From positions 51,398,001 to 51,462,000 of the forward strand of contig OZ296657.1 of NCBI GenBank assembly GCA_965655095.1: a stretch of DNA of 64,000 nt. Direction: 5' to 3'. The notes below the pieces were generated by a model that made no database searches, was not told the DNA's origin, and saw only the letters and a list, made by a program, of their open reading frames with translations. Origin of the DNA: Haplodiscus bocki (Eukaryota). This document shows positions 23,501 through 35,686 of the stretch, in pieces (position 1 is the stretch's first letter; each line of letters opens with the position of its first letter). Both the position numbers and the translations under genes were made by a program.

Positions 23501-24867
23501 AGTAAAAAGGTAGAGCTCGATGAACTGAGGCGAAGCTATATACGAGAAAAAGGCTTCATTGTCATTGAAATGTGGGAGTGTGAATGGTGAAGTCTGTGCA
23601 ACAGAAGCATCAATGTCAAAAAACATATCCGAGAGAACTTTCCTTGCAGACGATCTCTTGCAGTTGAGTAACTAATACAGAAAACAAAAAACGGAAAATT
23701 TTTTGGCCACGATCAATGCGACATTGAAGTCTTCAAACAATTGAGAGCCAATTTTGCAAACTTACCTCCAATCTTCGAATACACTTTAGTTAGCAAGAAT
23801 GATTCTGGTGATATAATGAAAACGATTAAATGATTTGATGAAATTATGTCGAGGAAGAAAGAATTATGTCTCAAACTCAGTAACTAAGGATTTCAAGCTT
23901 CACTTTACATAACGGTACACTGATCAATCCTCTGCTTTCATTTTATCATGAAGTGGGTCTTGTTTTTACAAAAATACACCACTTCGTACAGTCAACAGTA
24001 CATACTGAAAGAGAAGGGGATGAGAATCGTTTTTCAAGTGTCGTTGCAGAGACAATGAAGCTCCTAGCTAATAGTTCCTCTGGCTATCAGAATATGGATT
24101 GCTGCCGACACACTGTTTCAAAGTACCCAAACGATGAACAGACGCATGCTGCCATCAATAGTGAACTGCTCAAGAAACTAAATCATGCAAATAGTGACCT
24201 ATTTGAAGTTGAACTCGCCAAAGCAAAAATTGAACCCAAAAAATCAACATTTTTCGGGTTTTTCATCCTTCAATGTGCAAAACTCCGGAAATTGGAACTC
24301 TAATACAACTTTTTCATTAAATTCTGTGATGTAAAGAAATTCGAAGAGTTGGAGATTGATAAACATTCTTTGTATCTTGCTCCTGCCGAGAAAGAACTGG
24401 GAGATTGTATCGGACTAGGATTGAAAGCAGCGTGGGAGCGACCGCGGTCCAAGGATTGCACAGATAGCTTCATTGGTGATGCAGTCGCAAATTTCTTTCC
24501 CCGAAGGTGCTGTGACAAGCACAAAAAACATGACAGGAGAGAACCTTGTTTATTCAACGAGGAATTCAGATGCAAAGAGATGCTATGATTATGCAGTAAA
24601 ATTTACTGCTGCTCTGATGCTACCACAAAAAGAGATAATTTCACTAGTAAATGTCTGAAAAGACATGTACTCGAACGGAACGGTGATGGACCCTTGGAAA
24701 AATAGCGCCTTGTTCAAGACGAAACGAAAAATGTTACGTCAACAACAAAAGTTTCCCAACAAACAATCACTCTGTTCCGACATACGAACAAATTAGGAAA
24801 AGCTTTTCTTACTAATACTCAAGAAGAAATGTAGAGAGTAGCTCACACTCAGCCTCCCAATTTGTAA
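20600..24867 (+). pseudogene. Protein-primed family-B DNA polymerase (pPolB) of the Polinton, with N-terminal C2H2-like fingers and a Vsr-like insert; many stops and frameshifts
   Basis: Exo II 'VFGFNSASFDLNII' (~22359); 'KRFFPYGWFD'; Exo III 'YNKKDVVP' (~22862); 'GGPSIVF' (~23068); motif A 'IDSSQLHP*PMGQFIPTG' (~23162); motif B 'KLLANSSSGYQ' (~24058); motif C 'EIDKHSLYL' (DTDS decayed, ~24352). Confidence 0.93.
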
Positions 24868-24962
24868 AATAAGTAACTCCGTTTTCTATTGTCTTGTATC
24901 TTTTCAACTTCATACCTTCTTAATAATGTTTTCAAATCTTAATGCAAACTTTTTACACAGTT

Positions 24963-27109
24963 TCATTGACAGCTCGTGTGCAGTTTTTATTTATGGCTGG
25001 TCTTTCTTTTTGTCGGTCTTTCCATGTACGGTATATAGTAAGGGGTACACTTGCCACATACTTTTGGCCATTATTCCTTTTGTAATGCTACAGTCAAGTT
25101 GCTACAATCTTTACGTTTATTTGAGATTTTCCTAATAAAATATTATTCCGCAGGCGTCATCGAGCTATATCTTATGTTGAAACATTTCCGAACCAGACCT
25201 TCTCTTAACACATTACCGAACTATAACCTATCTTATCACATTGACGAACTGTAACCTATCCTAATACATTGCCGAAGTATCTTTCCACATAACATTAAGT
25301 CACAACGGTATCCGCAGGCGTTATAATTATCCACAGGCGTCATAATTAGCCCTGAAAGAAGAAATCAGTTCAAAAGTTTTCATTCGAAGCAGTCTCACAG
25401 TGCCGATGATGAGTAATTATACACAAATGCATATCCTTATACAAGGCTCTCTATATTAATACGATGGCTCCGCTCTTACCCTATCTTAACATATTAACAA
25501 CCACACTCGAATTTCGCCCAAAACCGAAAAGCTGTCGGCAGCCAATCATTAAAGCGCACAAAAAATTCCTGAACTTCGGCAGCCAATCAGAATTGACTAT
25601 TACGTCACCCAAAAAAAACCCGAGAGCTCTCGGTTAGGGTGGAGTTCCCTGATCGTCTCCGGCCTCTAATCGCCTATCTTAAAACCTAGGGACATCATCC
25701 ACCCCCATCTGATCAGCTCACATATATACTACACACATATAACAACTTTCAGGCAGTCTCATCCAGAACCAGATTTGACAGTCTGAGTCCGTCCAACTTG
25801 TTTACACCATGGTGTGGCCGCCAATATTTCAGTTGTTTCTTTGCAAATTCGTGGCCCTGTTCATGTCGGGGTGCTCTATGAAGTTACTGAGAGCGTTGAG
25901 TCAATGCGCAACCGATAATACCTTGGTGACCGGAAATATCTATTTTGACAATTCTCTCATTTGGTGAAAAACCAAAATTACTAAACTTTCTTTAAACCTA
26001 TTTATCGAAAACCGCAAACAACTTGATCAAATTTCTGAAGCTAATAACTTTACCAAGAGTTCTCAACTTAGCTGTTAATTTTCAGGCATCATAAATGTTA
26101 TACAGTTGAACAAGTTTGTCAAGGCAGTGCTTCATTTCTAGGCGTTTCAACTTAATTCCCGCTGATTCTTCTGGACTTTTGATCGGTCTGACTTAACGCT
26201 GAAACGCTGAAATTGAAACATCAAGGTCATTCATTCTCTATGCAAAGAATTAAAGAAACTTACACGTAAACAGATAATTGTTTTTAACCCACAATGGTTG
26301 TTCAAAAAAAAACAAAAGCTAAATCATTATTTTATGGTTGAAGCTTTTGATTTACTATAAATGGTTGATTCTCGGTAACTTGACCAATCGTCACGAATCA
26401 ACAAAAAGCGATGTGGAATTGGATGTAACTCTAACCGGCGACGTCACGAAAAGATGTAGAAAAAGAACCCTTTTCAGTGCAATACATAACACAAAGCTCA
26501 GCCCAGTTGCACTGCGACAACTTCCGTTAAAATGGTGTAGAAACGTTTGATGGATTACATTGCAAGTGGACATCGACAGAGACTTTGTTGGAAGAATTCA
26601 AGCCACTTCTTTCATTTTTGATTCTCTACTTTGGTACTTCACAATATACTTGGTTTTTGATACTTTTTTCACTTGAGTAAGCTGTGCTGTATTGCCGAAA
26701 AGCTATAATATTTTTTGAAAATCAAAATTGACAAACTATCCATAACAGTTGAACTTTTCTTCAGTTTTGGCCCAATTTGAAACGTCTATTGATTGTGCAA
26801 AAATCAAACAATATCAATTGGAAAATCATTGTACACATGAAACGTTGTCCTTTAACACATCGTTGGAAAAGTTGAAGCCAAAATGTATAGAAAATCGAAA
26901 AATTGAGTTTCACGACGTCTCAAATTTTTTACCATTTCTTCGAATTTTTGGACTATCACGATTCCAACGCGAGGATAAGTCTTCACCAAGTTTGAACTGA
27001 GTAGTCTTTATCGATTTGAGGAGCGTTGCTGGAGCCCTTGTGGAAAAATTCTAGTGCGTTGGTGAGGAGATATCTAAGTTCCCAAAGATCATTGTCAAAA
27101 TTGATAAAG
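24963..27109 (-). repeat. Right arm of the ~2.15 kb inverted repeat (includes the Polinton right TIR, 24963-25747)
   Basis: As for the left arm. The match ends outward at ...AAATTGATAAAG (27109) and inward at TCATTGAC (24963). Confidence 0.97.
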
Positions 27110-27331
27110 ATTCCATTCCAGAGTTCAAAAATATGTTGAATTTGCTGTTGAAAACTATGAAAGTTTAAATATTACGTCGATATTATCCACTGAGCTTTCT
27201 TGAATGACTTGTTAAGCAAAAGTAATTACATTACACGCTCTCAATAATATTTTACTATATTATTTCAATATTTTAGAGTAATTTTCAGTTTTGAAATATC
27301 TTTCGACACTGTTCTTTTGATGTCTGTCCAA

Positions 27332-27507
27332 TTATATCGATTCAGCGGGTCTCTTAGCAACCCATTTCGCAATTTTCGGCTCCTTCTTGACCTTGTCTCG
27401 AATAGCCGTCAACTTCTTCAGTCCGTTATCGTATTTTAGTCCAAAGCCAGGGATGAAGTCATCGATTAAGTTGTACAGTGCAATGTCTGCCCACGACAGT
27501 CCGCTGG
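27332..27507 (-). CDS. Glutathione S-transferase (sigma-like), coding exon 2
   Basis: CTAAC branch site and TTTTAG acceptor (AG at 27509-27508). Phase-1 join gives ..DTFL-P-SGLSWADIALYNLIDDFIPGFGLKYDNGLKKLTAIRDKVKKEPKIAKWVAKRPAESI*. Contains the N-capping 'SWAD' and the C-terminal 'P.IAKW..KRP' typical of sigma GSTs. Confidence 0.92.
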
Positions 27508-30500
27508 CTAAAATTAACGTAGTTAGGCTGAAACGCGAGGACGAGAAACAAAAGTTTACAATAATTCAATATTGTCAACATATTGAACATCATTAACAAT
27601 TAAAAAGTGTGATGTGATTACCAGTTTTGCAAAAGATGGAATAGTTGCAATTTCCGACTGGATAATTCAGCTATTCCCTAATTTCCATGTCTTCACATCA
27701 CATCAAACTACTTAATTGTAAATTGTTCAATATGCTGACAATTATGACTCAGAGGCGAAGCCTAGCTCCGCAAAGCTAACAACACTTAAGGATATAATTT
27801 TTGGACACATTGACACAATGACGAACATTTTTGATCACAATGAAATTCTAAATATGACTGCTGTGGTGTTTTTTTACAAACGCAATTTTTTCTCGAAAAA
27901 ACCGAAAAATTGTTCAAGGTATCCCACACTTTTGTGGTTTTCTCCCCGCAGAAGAAAGAAAATTTTTTCCATGGACTTTTCATACTAATTCAACTTGGCT
28001 TTCAAATTAAAGTATCGGTGGAAAATTAGGATAGTGGTCAAGGCAAACTGGTGGAAGCGTAGCGGTCCTGGGAGAAGCATTGGAATATGGCCGAAATGAA
28101 AGTTTCTGAAATTTTTGAAACCAGTACTTTGAGAGAATTGCGTCACAAATTCTAAGATCGGAATCACACTGATTTCATGAAGCGAAGCTGAAACTGGTAA
28201 AAAACGGAATTCCCGGCCGAAACCTTAAGGAGAATTATAGAAACGCTGCGATAGTGCAAAAAAAAGAAATTTTGAAAATGTTTCCAGCTACTCTCAGATA
28301 AATAAGGATAATTAAAAGTTGTCTGTCAGAATTGTCTGTACCTGAATAACATATGAACTCAATAAAGGACTGTTTTGGCTGAAATGCGACTTTTGAATGC
28401 GATCACGCCCTTTTGATGCAAATTGGCACCATGTTTCAAAAGGCAGTTTGTTATGCTTTTTTAACAGATTTCACATGTTTTGAGTGCCATTTTTGAAAGA
28501 AATTGCATAATTTTCAGCGTAAAAGTTTCTAAAACCCTATTTTGATACTTTTTGTTACAAGCTTTTAAGCCATTTTCGTCTCATTTGTACAAAGTGTTTG
28601 ACTCAAAAAAAATCAAAGCCCCGGATCATAAGTCTATTGGTTTTAAAAATGGCGGGATGGAGATAAAAAGCAAAGCCCATGGAGCGTCGGAGAAACCAAC
28701 TGATTGGGCAAAAGCGAATTTTTGAACAAATTTCCAATTCAATTACTTCGGCTCGGTGTTTGCATTCGTGAATGGCAAGTCAAGTTACCATAGGGGAAAC
28801 AGTTTTGCGGCTCAAGTAAAAAATATATGCAGAAAAAATGTTAAATAAATAAAAGAAATATATTTATTTTTTCGGTTTTCTCAAAAATATTGTATTTATT
28901 TTTGTGAAAAATAGTTTGACTTTACCAGCCAAATTTACTTTGAATGATAAAGGAAATTCCTCTCTGTCAGTCGACATTGAAGGACAAATGCACTTATTTG
29001 TAAATTGAAAAAACTGGGATACTTATTCTGTTGATGATGTAGTCAAGAACTTAAATGAATGGGAATGAACAATTTCGGAAACTAATCGCAGAAAAGACCT
29101 ATGATTTTTTAAAACCAAACTTTCGGTTGCAGGAAACGTTTTCACCCTACATGATGCTCTATGTAACAAAACAGGTCTTTTCTAACTTGCCTCTTCACTC
29201 TTCGTCGGACACTCGGTCGTGCATGCGAGTACTATTGGGAAGAGGAACAGCTGCTTTTCGAAAAACAAGATTTTTTGACAACTTTCGGAAATAATATTTT
29301 TCCCAGAAATTTTTACCTTTTCAAGAATTTAACGGATATGTAAGATTGTTTCCTAAATCATAATTTGTTGATCGATACCCGCCAAATTGACCAATGCTTG
29401 CAACTCCGCGGGCTACGAAATTTTTTTTTGTGTAAAAATTGGATGTTCTGACCAAAAACTCAAACGTCGTGCGAATTTTTGACAGTTGTAAATTCTTCGC
29501 AACTTGCAATAACCCTTCAGAGTTAGCAAAAAATCACTAGTCGTAGAGAAAACCTTGGAAGTTGTAAAGGCTCAGAGATACCAGAGTTGCGAGTTTACCA
29601 ACTTATAACTTAAAGAGAGTGGAAAAAGTTCTACGAAGGTTTTTTTCTTACCAAACTTCCATTTGTCCGAACAATCTTCGCTACTTCCAACGAACCTTCA
29701 AAAGCAAGAGGATTTTCGAATATATCTCGTTTATGCAGTTTAGTGGTGCAAATTACCAGTCTAGCAGCAACAAAATCCACTTTTTCAGTTCTCTCAGCGG
29801 AAGAAACCACGATTATTTCGAATTTTTCAATTCAAATGTTGCCCAAAGACTTTCCGAGTTCATTCGGCAAAACTCATCGCCCTAAAAACCTTGCGCGCTG
29901 AAGTATTGGCGCTTTTTAAAATTTTTTCTGTCAATGTCCCAAAACCTGTAAAAAAATGTATGAGAAAAAGTGTTAGTTAAAATGCTTCGCGCGAGGCTTG
30001 CTAAGAAAAGAAAGAATGCCAAAAAGTAACGCTGTAAAAGCCCAAAACTTTACTGCAAGCGTTTGCGGTTCGTTGCTAGAATAAGTGGAGGTATAGTCAA
30101 AAGAGCACTTGGTAAAGATCATTTTTTTTCAAAACATCTATTAACTTTTGAAATGATGCGCTAAAAAAAATCAGTTCCCCAAACTCTCCAGCAATGTTTG
30201 TCCTTAGAGTTTGCGTTAGAATGCCCCATTCATCTACAGAAAACGATAACAAAACCAAGCGAAAAGATTAAGGTATAAAGCAAAAAAATCGAAATTTCCC
30301 AAAACAATTTTCACTGAAAATTCGGCAAAAATACATTTACACACCTCCAGAAAACGATTCAATTTCCACAATCTTTTTAAACTGTTTTTTGGAACAGATT
30401 TAACATCACGCTTCCCAAACAACCCGTTGAAAGTAAAATTTCCAAAAAATGAGAAAAAAAGTTGATTTTGAAAAAATTTCTGGCGGAAAATTTGCCGCGA

Positions 30501-33343
30501 AAAATTTGCAGCTTTTTCCTGGAATGAGATTTTCTCTACTGGTCAAAAACGAGGGCGCAGCTACGGTTCTCTTTTTCGTTGACACCTTGTAGTATTCTGT
30601 TGATTTAAAAAATGTATTCAATTGCCTTTCCAGTTTTCTTTTTGCAAAAACAAAAACCTGGCGGTTTTTTTGAGTGATTCAACTGTCGGCAAAAGGACCT
30701 GGGACGTCCCAAAGGAAGTGATTAAAACGCAAACAAGGCTGTTTTGTGCCTTCTCCCCAGAGTGCGCCAAGGTCAAAACAAAGACTATAACGTTCCCCAT
30801 GCACGGGGTGGCCTAATATGTCTCAGGATGAATAATTTTTCGAAACAGTTTAAGTTGTTGTATAATGATGATGGATGATAGAAAAACTCAACCTTCTCCG
30901 AAGATTTGATTGAAAAAACAAAAACACCAAGAGTTCAAAGTTTTAAATCTGACTGTTTTAATAGTGGTAATAGAACTTAAAAAAGGATTCAGGAGAAAAC
31001 ACCATCGCCTCAATTTAGTGAATACAATGGAAGCATCGAAAGTTTCGAATTGAACGACGTTTTACGACGTTTTAAAATGTTTGCAGTTTTCAAACGCTTT
31101 GATAATGACCAATCTTTAAAAGCGATGAATAGTTACCTATATAAAAAAGTGAAAACAAGATGCAAAATATTCTGACAATTTAGAAAAAAAATGGTTTTAA
31201 ACTCCGAATGCCCTAAAACATCAAATCTTAAGACGCTCGTTCCAGCTCGGAGAGAGAGGCATAGGCAAACACAAAAGGAGAAAAGTAAATTTTGAGCAGG
31301 TTCAGTTCACTCTAGCTATCAGACTCTGGCAGTCATTCAGGTCAGTCAGAAATAAAATTGCAATTTGCGAAGGAAGAAAAGTAAAATATATTGGCATTAA
31401 ATTCCACCTAGGATCCATAAATGAAGAAAAAGCGCATTTGAAAAATGATTGTCCGAAAACACAACAAATTAGTTCAAGGAGAGTTCACTTTGGCTGTATC
31501 GCGTTTGAAAAAGACAAAAGCAAAATCTTCTCCCAATCATCATCTGCGTGCTTCCAATGCTGGTTACAAATTTGATGCTGCAAATCTCTAATAATCTTCT
31601 AAAAATTGAATGCTGTCGATTGATACCTTGATGGAAAAATTTGGTAATATCAGAGAAAAGTTTTGTAATGAAGAATGTTCCTATTTTTTTTTATTATTTT
31701 CCTTTTTTTCGCGTATTCAGCCTGCCATGGTTTCAAGTCAGGGGAGAGAACCAAAACAACTATACCAGAGGTTTTTTTACAGAAAAGAGGTGGACAAAGA
31801 AAATGATGGAAACAATGTAGCTGGTGCTCTAGGAATAAAGTATTTTGAAAATTGAGAAAAAGCATTACTGTTTACTTTTTGTGCCTTCCAGACAAAGAAA
31901 TCAAGACATTGTGGTTGAATAACCTTCCACAAAAAAACTCAGAGTAATGGAAAATTCAACCAGGAGTTTAGGTGGAAGATGAATTTGAATATTGTGAGAA
32001 TTCACCAAAAATGGACGTCTCGGCAGTTTTGCCCAATTAGGTTTACAATGCAAGGAACGAAGCCGACGGTGACAATTTTTAAAAGTTTTTATTAAGTAGG
32101 CATAAATGGAAGTACGCAACATCTGAAGGAAATTGAAGGTTAGTATTTGATGAACGTCAGTCTTGTTTTTCTTGCATTTGAAAACTGATAAGCGGAACAT
32201 GCCAAAACGTGAAACTTCCACTGATTTTTCTCAATATGCTAACTCCAGTTGCCCCTGAGCCACGGGTACAATTTTTTCTATCAAGATCTACACCACTAAT
32301 CTCGATTTAATTGATTTTCATTCAAAACTACGAAATGGGAGAACTGACGAGGAAGCAAAATAATACACTAATTGAACCAGAGACGGATATTCGCATCTGA
32401 AGGAAAAATAAACTGACACAGTGATATTTTCAAGACCGCCAAATTTTTTCCATGGAAGAGCGACCGTTTTTTGCACATATGATAAAAATGCAATAAAAAG
32501 AACTTACATGCCAAGAACCGCCAAAGTCGCTGCCGCTTGTGATGGTCAAAGTATCCATCAAGAACTTATGTAAGAAAAACTTGGCTTTATTGACGGAATC
32601 ATTTGATCAGTTCTTTATGTTGAACCATTTGTCCAAAAAAAAGGTTTGGGAGAGATTGTATCTAGAGAAATTTGGTTGTGGAATTTTTAAAACATTTTTT
32701 GGTTTTTCCTTGGCGATTTATTGGTAGTTCTGTTATATGTTATCTGGGAGGCTTTTTAGTTCGTTCTACAATTCTGTTCAAACCGTATAAATTTGTTCAA
32801 AAGAAGAAGCATTGTTTGCAGTGTGAATTCTCCAGTGAAAATTAGTAGAAAAGGGAAGCATACTGTAGACGTGGTGTTTTTTTGCTATTAGTAAAGATCC
32901 GACTAAATGGCTGGAATTACATAAAATTGGTTTTAAATTTTTTTGTTCAGGATCCTTTCGACTAACCGCGACAGACTGTTTCAAAAACAAGTTTTTGCCA
33001 GAAAAATTGCATTTATCTACTCTGTAGCAAAAATCAAAGGCAATTAGCAAAAACTGATTGAAATTACTTCGACAACTGAAAATCATTTTGAAGTTTTTTT
33101 TTCAACTGTAGACGGATGATTTTAGCGGAATTCGTGCGGACATATCCCCTGTTTGAAGTCCCAGAGTCAGTCAGCGTTGAACTGTGCTGTTTGGGAGATC
33201 TGCCGTTCTTCAATGCTATTCAGCTCTGATTCAGTGAACTTGAGAAAAACGAGTGTCTAATATCACAGGAAAAACATTGGAAAAAAATCGATTTTAAAGA
33301 TCTGTTCTCAAAAAAACCTATCAAAATAATTCTTCGTCTTACA

Positions 33344-33908
33344 ATATTTGCATTATTGTAAATGATTTATTTCCTCATATGTGGCTCCAAATCGCCTGAA
33401 TTTTGCCTAGGCCTATGTCAACGCAGCTGAAAATGGCTGTCTGATAACCTTGGAACTTAAGGTTATGGTTGTTCAAAGTTGAGCTAAATTGAAGTGCTAG
33501 GTGTCAGAATAAAAAATTTGAAACTCGGTGAAATCTTCGAAAAATCGAAAAAAAACGATTTTAAAGATTTAATCGCAAAAAAACAGATCCAAAAAAAGGA
33601 GACAGCAACTGAAGTTTGGTATGTTATGAAAAAGAATTTTTGTCGTAAAGTTTGAGCAGAATGGAGGCAAATTGGAGCCCTATATGAGGAAATGAACGAC
33701 TTTTAATATGACAAAGATCGTCAAAGTAGTTGAAATTTACTAGATTTTCATACCTTTTTTGCCATAAAACTCTTTAATAGTAGTTGGACCATGAGGGAGT
33801 TAAAAATCAGTATGTAATAGAACATTTTCTTACCGTTAGGCCTAGGCAAAATTCAGGCAATTTGGAGCCATATATGACGAAATAAATCATTTACAATAAT
33901 GCAAATAT
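33344..33908. repeat. Fold-back: 72-bp inverted repeat (33344-33415 / 33837-33908), 3 mismatches
   Basis: ATATTTGCATTATTGTAAATGATTTATTTCCTCATATGTGGCTCCAAATCGCCTGAATTTTGCCTAGGCCTA and its reverse complement ~420 bp downstream. Confidence 0.9.
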
Positions 33909-34025
33909 CGAGTCTATGACGACAAATTTAGCTGGATTTCAAGTATCTTTTGGAGCAAATACATGAGAAAGATACCAAATCACAACTGATATTTAAAGTG
34001 TGATAGAATAAAGTCTTGTTGTTCA
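33596..34025 (+). repeat. ~430-bp dispersed repeat, copy 1 (in GST intron)
   Basis: Colinear with 36792-37220 (AAGGAGAC.GCAACTGAAGTTT..ATCGTCAAAGTAGTTGAAATTTA..TTTAGCTGGATTT..GTCTT.TTGTTCA); diverged. Confidence 0.85.
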
Positions 34026-34179
34026 AATGGTGCAAAATTCAGGGAATTAGGAGTCCCAAAAGCGGAAATGAACTACGTGTAAGACGGCAACTTTGATTAA
34101 ATTGGCCGCAATCAACTCGGTTCTGAAGCATTTTTCGCGAACAGATTTCCAAACATAATTGAGGCCGCAAGCAGAAAAA

Positions 34180-34560
34180 ACGGATATCGAAAGAAAATTC
34201 TCAGCAGGGTTGTCAAAACAGAAATCTACGTGTCCAGATGAACCTTTTGGGAGGAAAAAAGTTTTTCAAAGAAATTACAATGTTTACATTTTTTCAAAAA
34301 GTTTATATTTACGAAAATGTTTAGGACCTCGAGCTAACACTTTTGCACAACAAGTTTGTCAAAGCTGCGTTTTACGTGCCCAAAGAAACTTTTTGAGGAA
34401 AAAATTTTTGAACAAAATTATGACCTGATGACTTTTTGGACTCGGAGCAAAAAATTATCGGATTTTGAGCAGAAATTGTCGGGCTGGTTTGTGGAGACTG
34501 ATTCTATGTGTCCAGGGGTATATTTTGGGTTCTTCCGGAGAACATTGTCAATCCAAAATG
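34180..34560 (+). repeat. Interspersed repeat with an internal GGGTTGTCAAAA..TACGTGTCCAG module (related copy inverted at ~50280-50610)
   Basis: AGCAGGGTTGTCAAAACAGAAATCTACGTGTCCAG; TTTGTCAAAGCTGCGTTTTACGTGCCCA; minus-strand AGCAGGATTGTCAAAAATGCATTGTATGCGCCTG at ~50403-50370. Confidence 0.55.
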
Positions 34561-35686
34561 GCCAGTTTTGGAGAAAAAGCAACTTAAGGAGAGAATGTTT
34601 CTCCTTTCGTAAAAAAAAGTACGAAGCAAAATAATATTAATCCAAAACCTTAGGAAGGAGTGGACCTAAGAAGAGTACCCTAGTTGGACTTGCTGGAAAA
34701 TTTTGTATGGTGCAGTATTGAGCGCAAGCAAAAGATAGGCAAATCAGGCATTCAGCAAGCATACTTATATTTCGACTGTTTTCTCTGCTTCAGCAAAAGT
34801 TTGTTCAGGTTTTCGAGGTAACACAAAGAAATTTCTCTCTTCTATAAATTCAATCACTACTACTACTTCAAAGTCGCTAATATTTGTTTTCTCGTTGATT
34901 CATTGACCGTTTAGATGTTTTTTGCTCACTCTTCATTCGGTGTGGGTAGCTATAAACTTAATCTGTATTATTTTTATTAAAATGCCCGGCAAATTATAAA
35001 TTTGCCTGTCACATGTTGTTTAATTTTGTCTGCCAAATTCTGAAAGCAATATACCATACCTCGAATAATTTTTTAACTTCTTTAAAGAACCTTGAAAGAT
35101 ATCATAGCATCAGATTATGCTTATGCTCACTAAAGATTTGGTTACTTTCAAAAGATTCAACAGCTTTGCAACTGATTAAAGAAGCAGCTCGGGGAGTACG
35201 AAGTATCAAAACTTCAAAAATGAAAATGCCAAATTTTGCGAAAACATATAACGGATTTGCAATTCAAAAACAATGGCTATAAAAATATATTACCTTAAAA
35301 GTTTTAAAATTGGTACCAAAAGGAAAGGGCGTAGCAAACTTTTGCGAGTTCGAAATTTGTTTAGACTTTTGAAAGTTGCGATAAATGGGAAAAATTTTGA
35401 AGCTATAGGCTTAGAAAGAAACAGGCTACATAGAAAAGACAAAAAACTACTGAAGTACAGATGAAGCAGTACAGAAACATATATTTGCTCTGATATTTTC
35501 AAACAACTGATGCGGGAAGTTCAACTCGAGATATTTCTATGAATGGTTTACCGATACGTGAATCCATCGATGGCCGATCATGTTTAAGCCGAAAATCATC
35601 GTTAAACAATTCATGGAAATATTTTGAGTAAGCATTTATGTTTCGAGTGTTCATCGCTCTTGCTTAAATAAAGCATGAATACTCAC

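Larger units (their letters stand above)
7681..25747. mobile_element. Polinton/Maverick (polintovirus-like) element, ~18 kb, pseudogenised
   Basis: Recognisable pPolB, RVE integrase, packaging ATPase, protease, major and minor capsid remnants between long inverted repeats. Termini placed at AGTTGTTATATGTGTGTAGT (7681) / ACTACACACATATAACAACT (25747), matching the 5'-AG...CT-3', AGT-repeat-like ends known for Polintons. The exact terminus is inferred. Confidence 0.93.
27508..35686 (-). other. 8179-bp GT-AG intron of the GST gene, filled with repeat remnants
   Basis: Donor GTGAGT at 35686-35681, acceptor AG at 27509-27508. The spliced product is an uninterrupted 202-aa GST. Confidence 0.85.
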
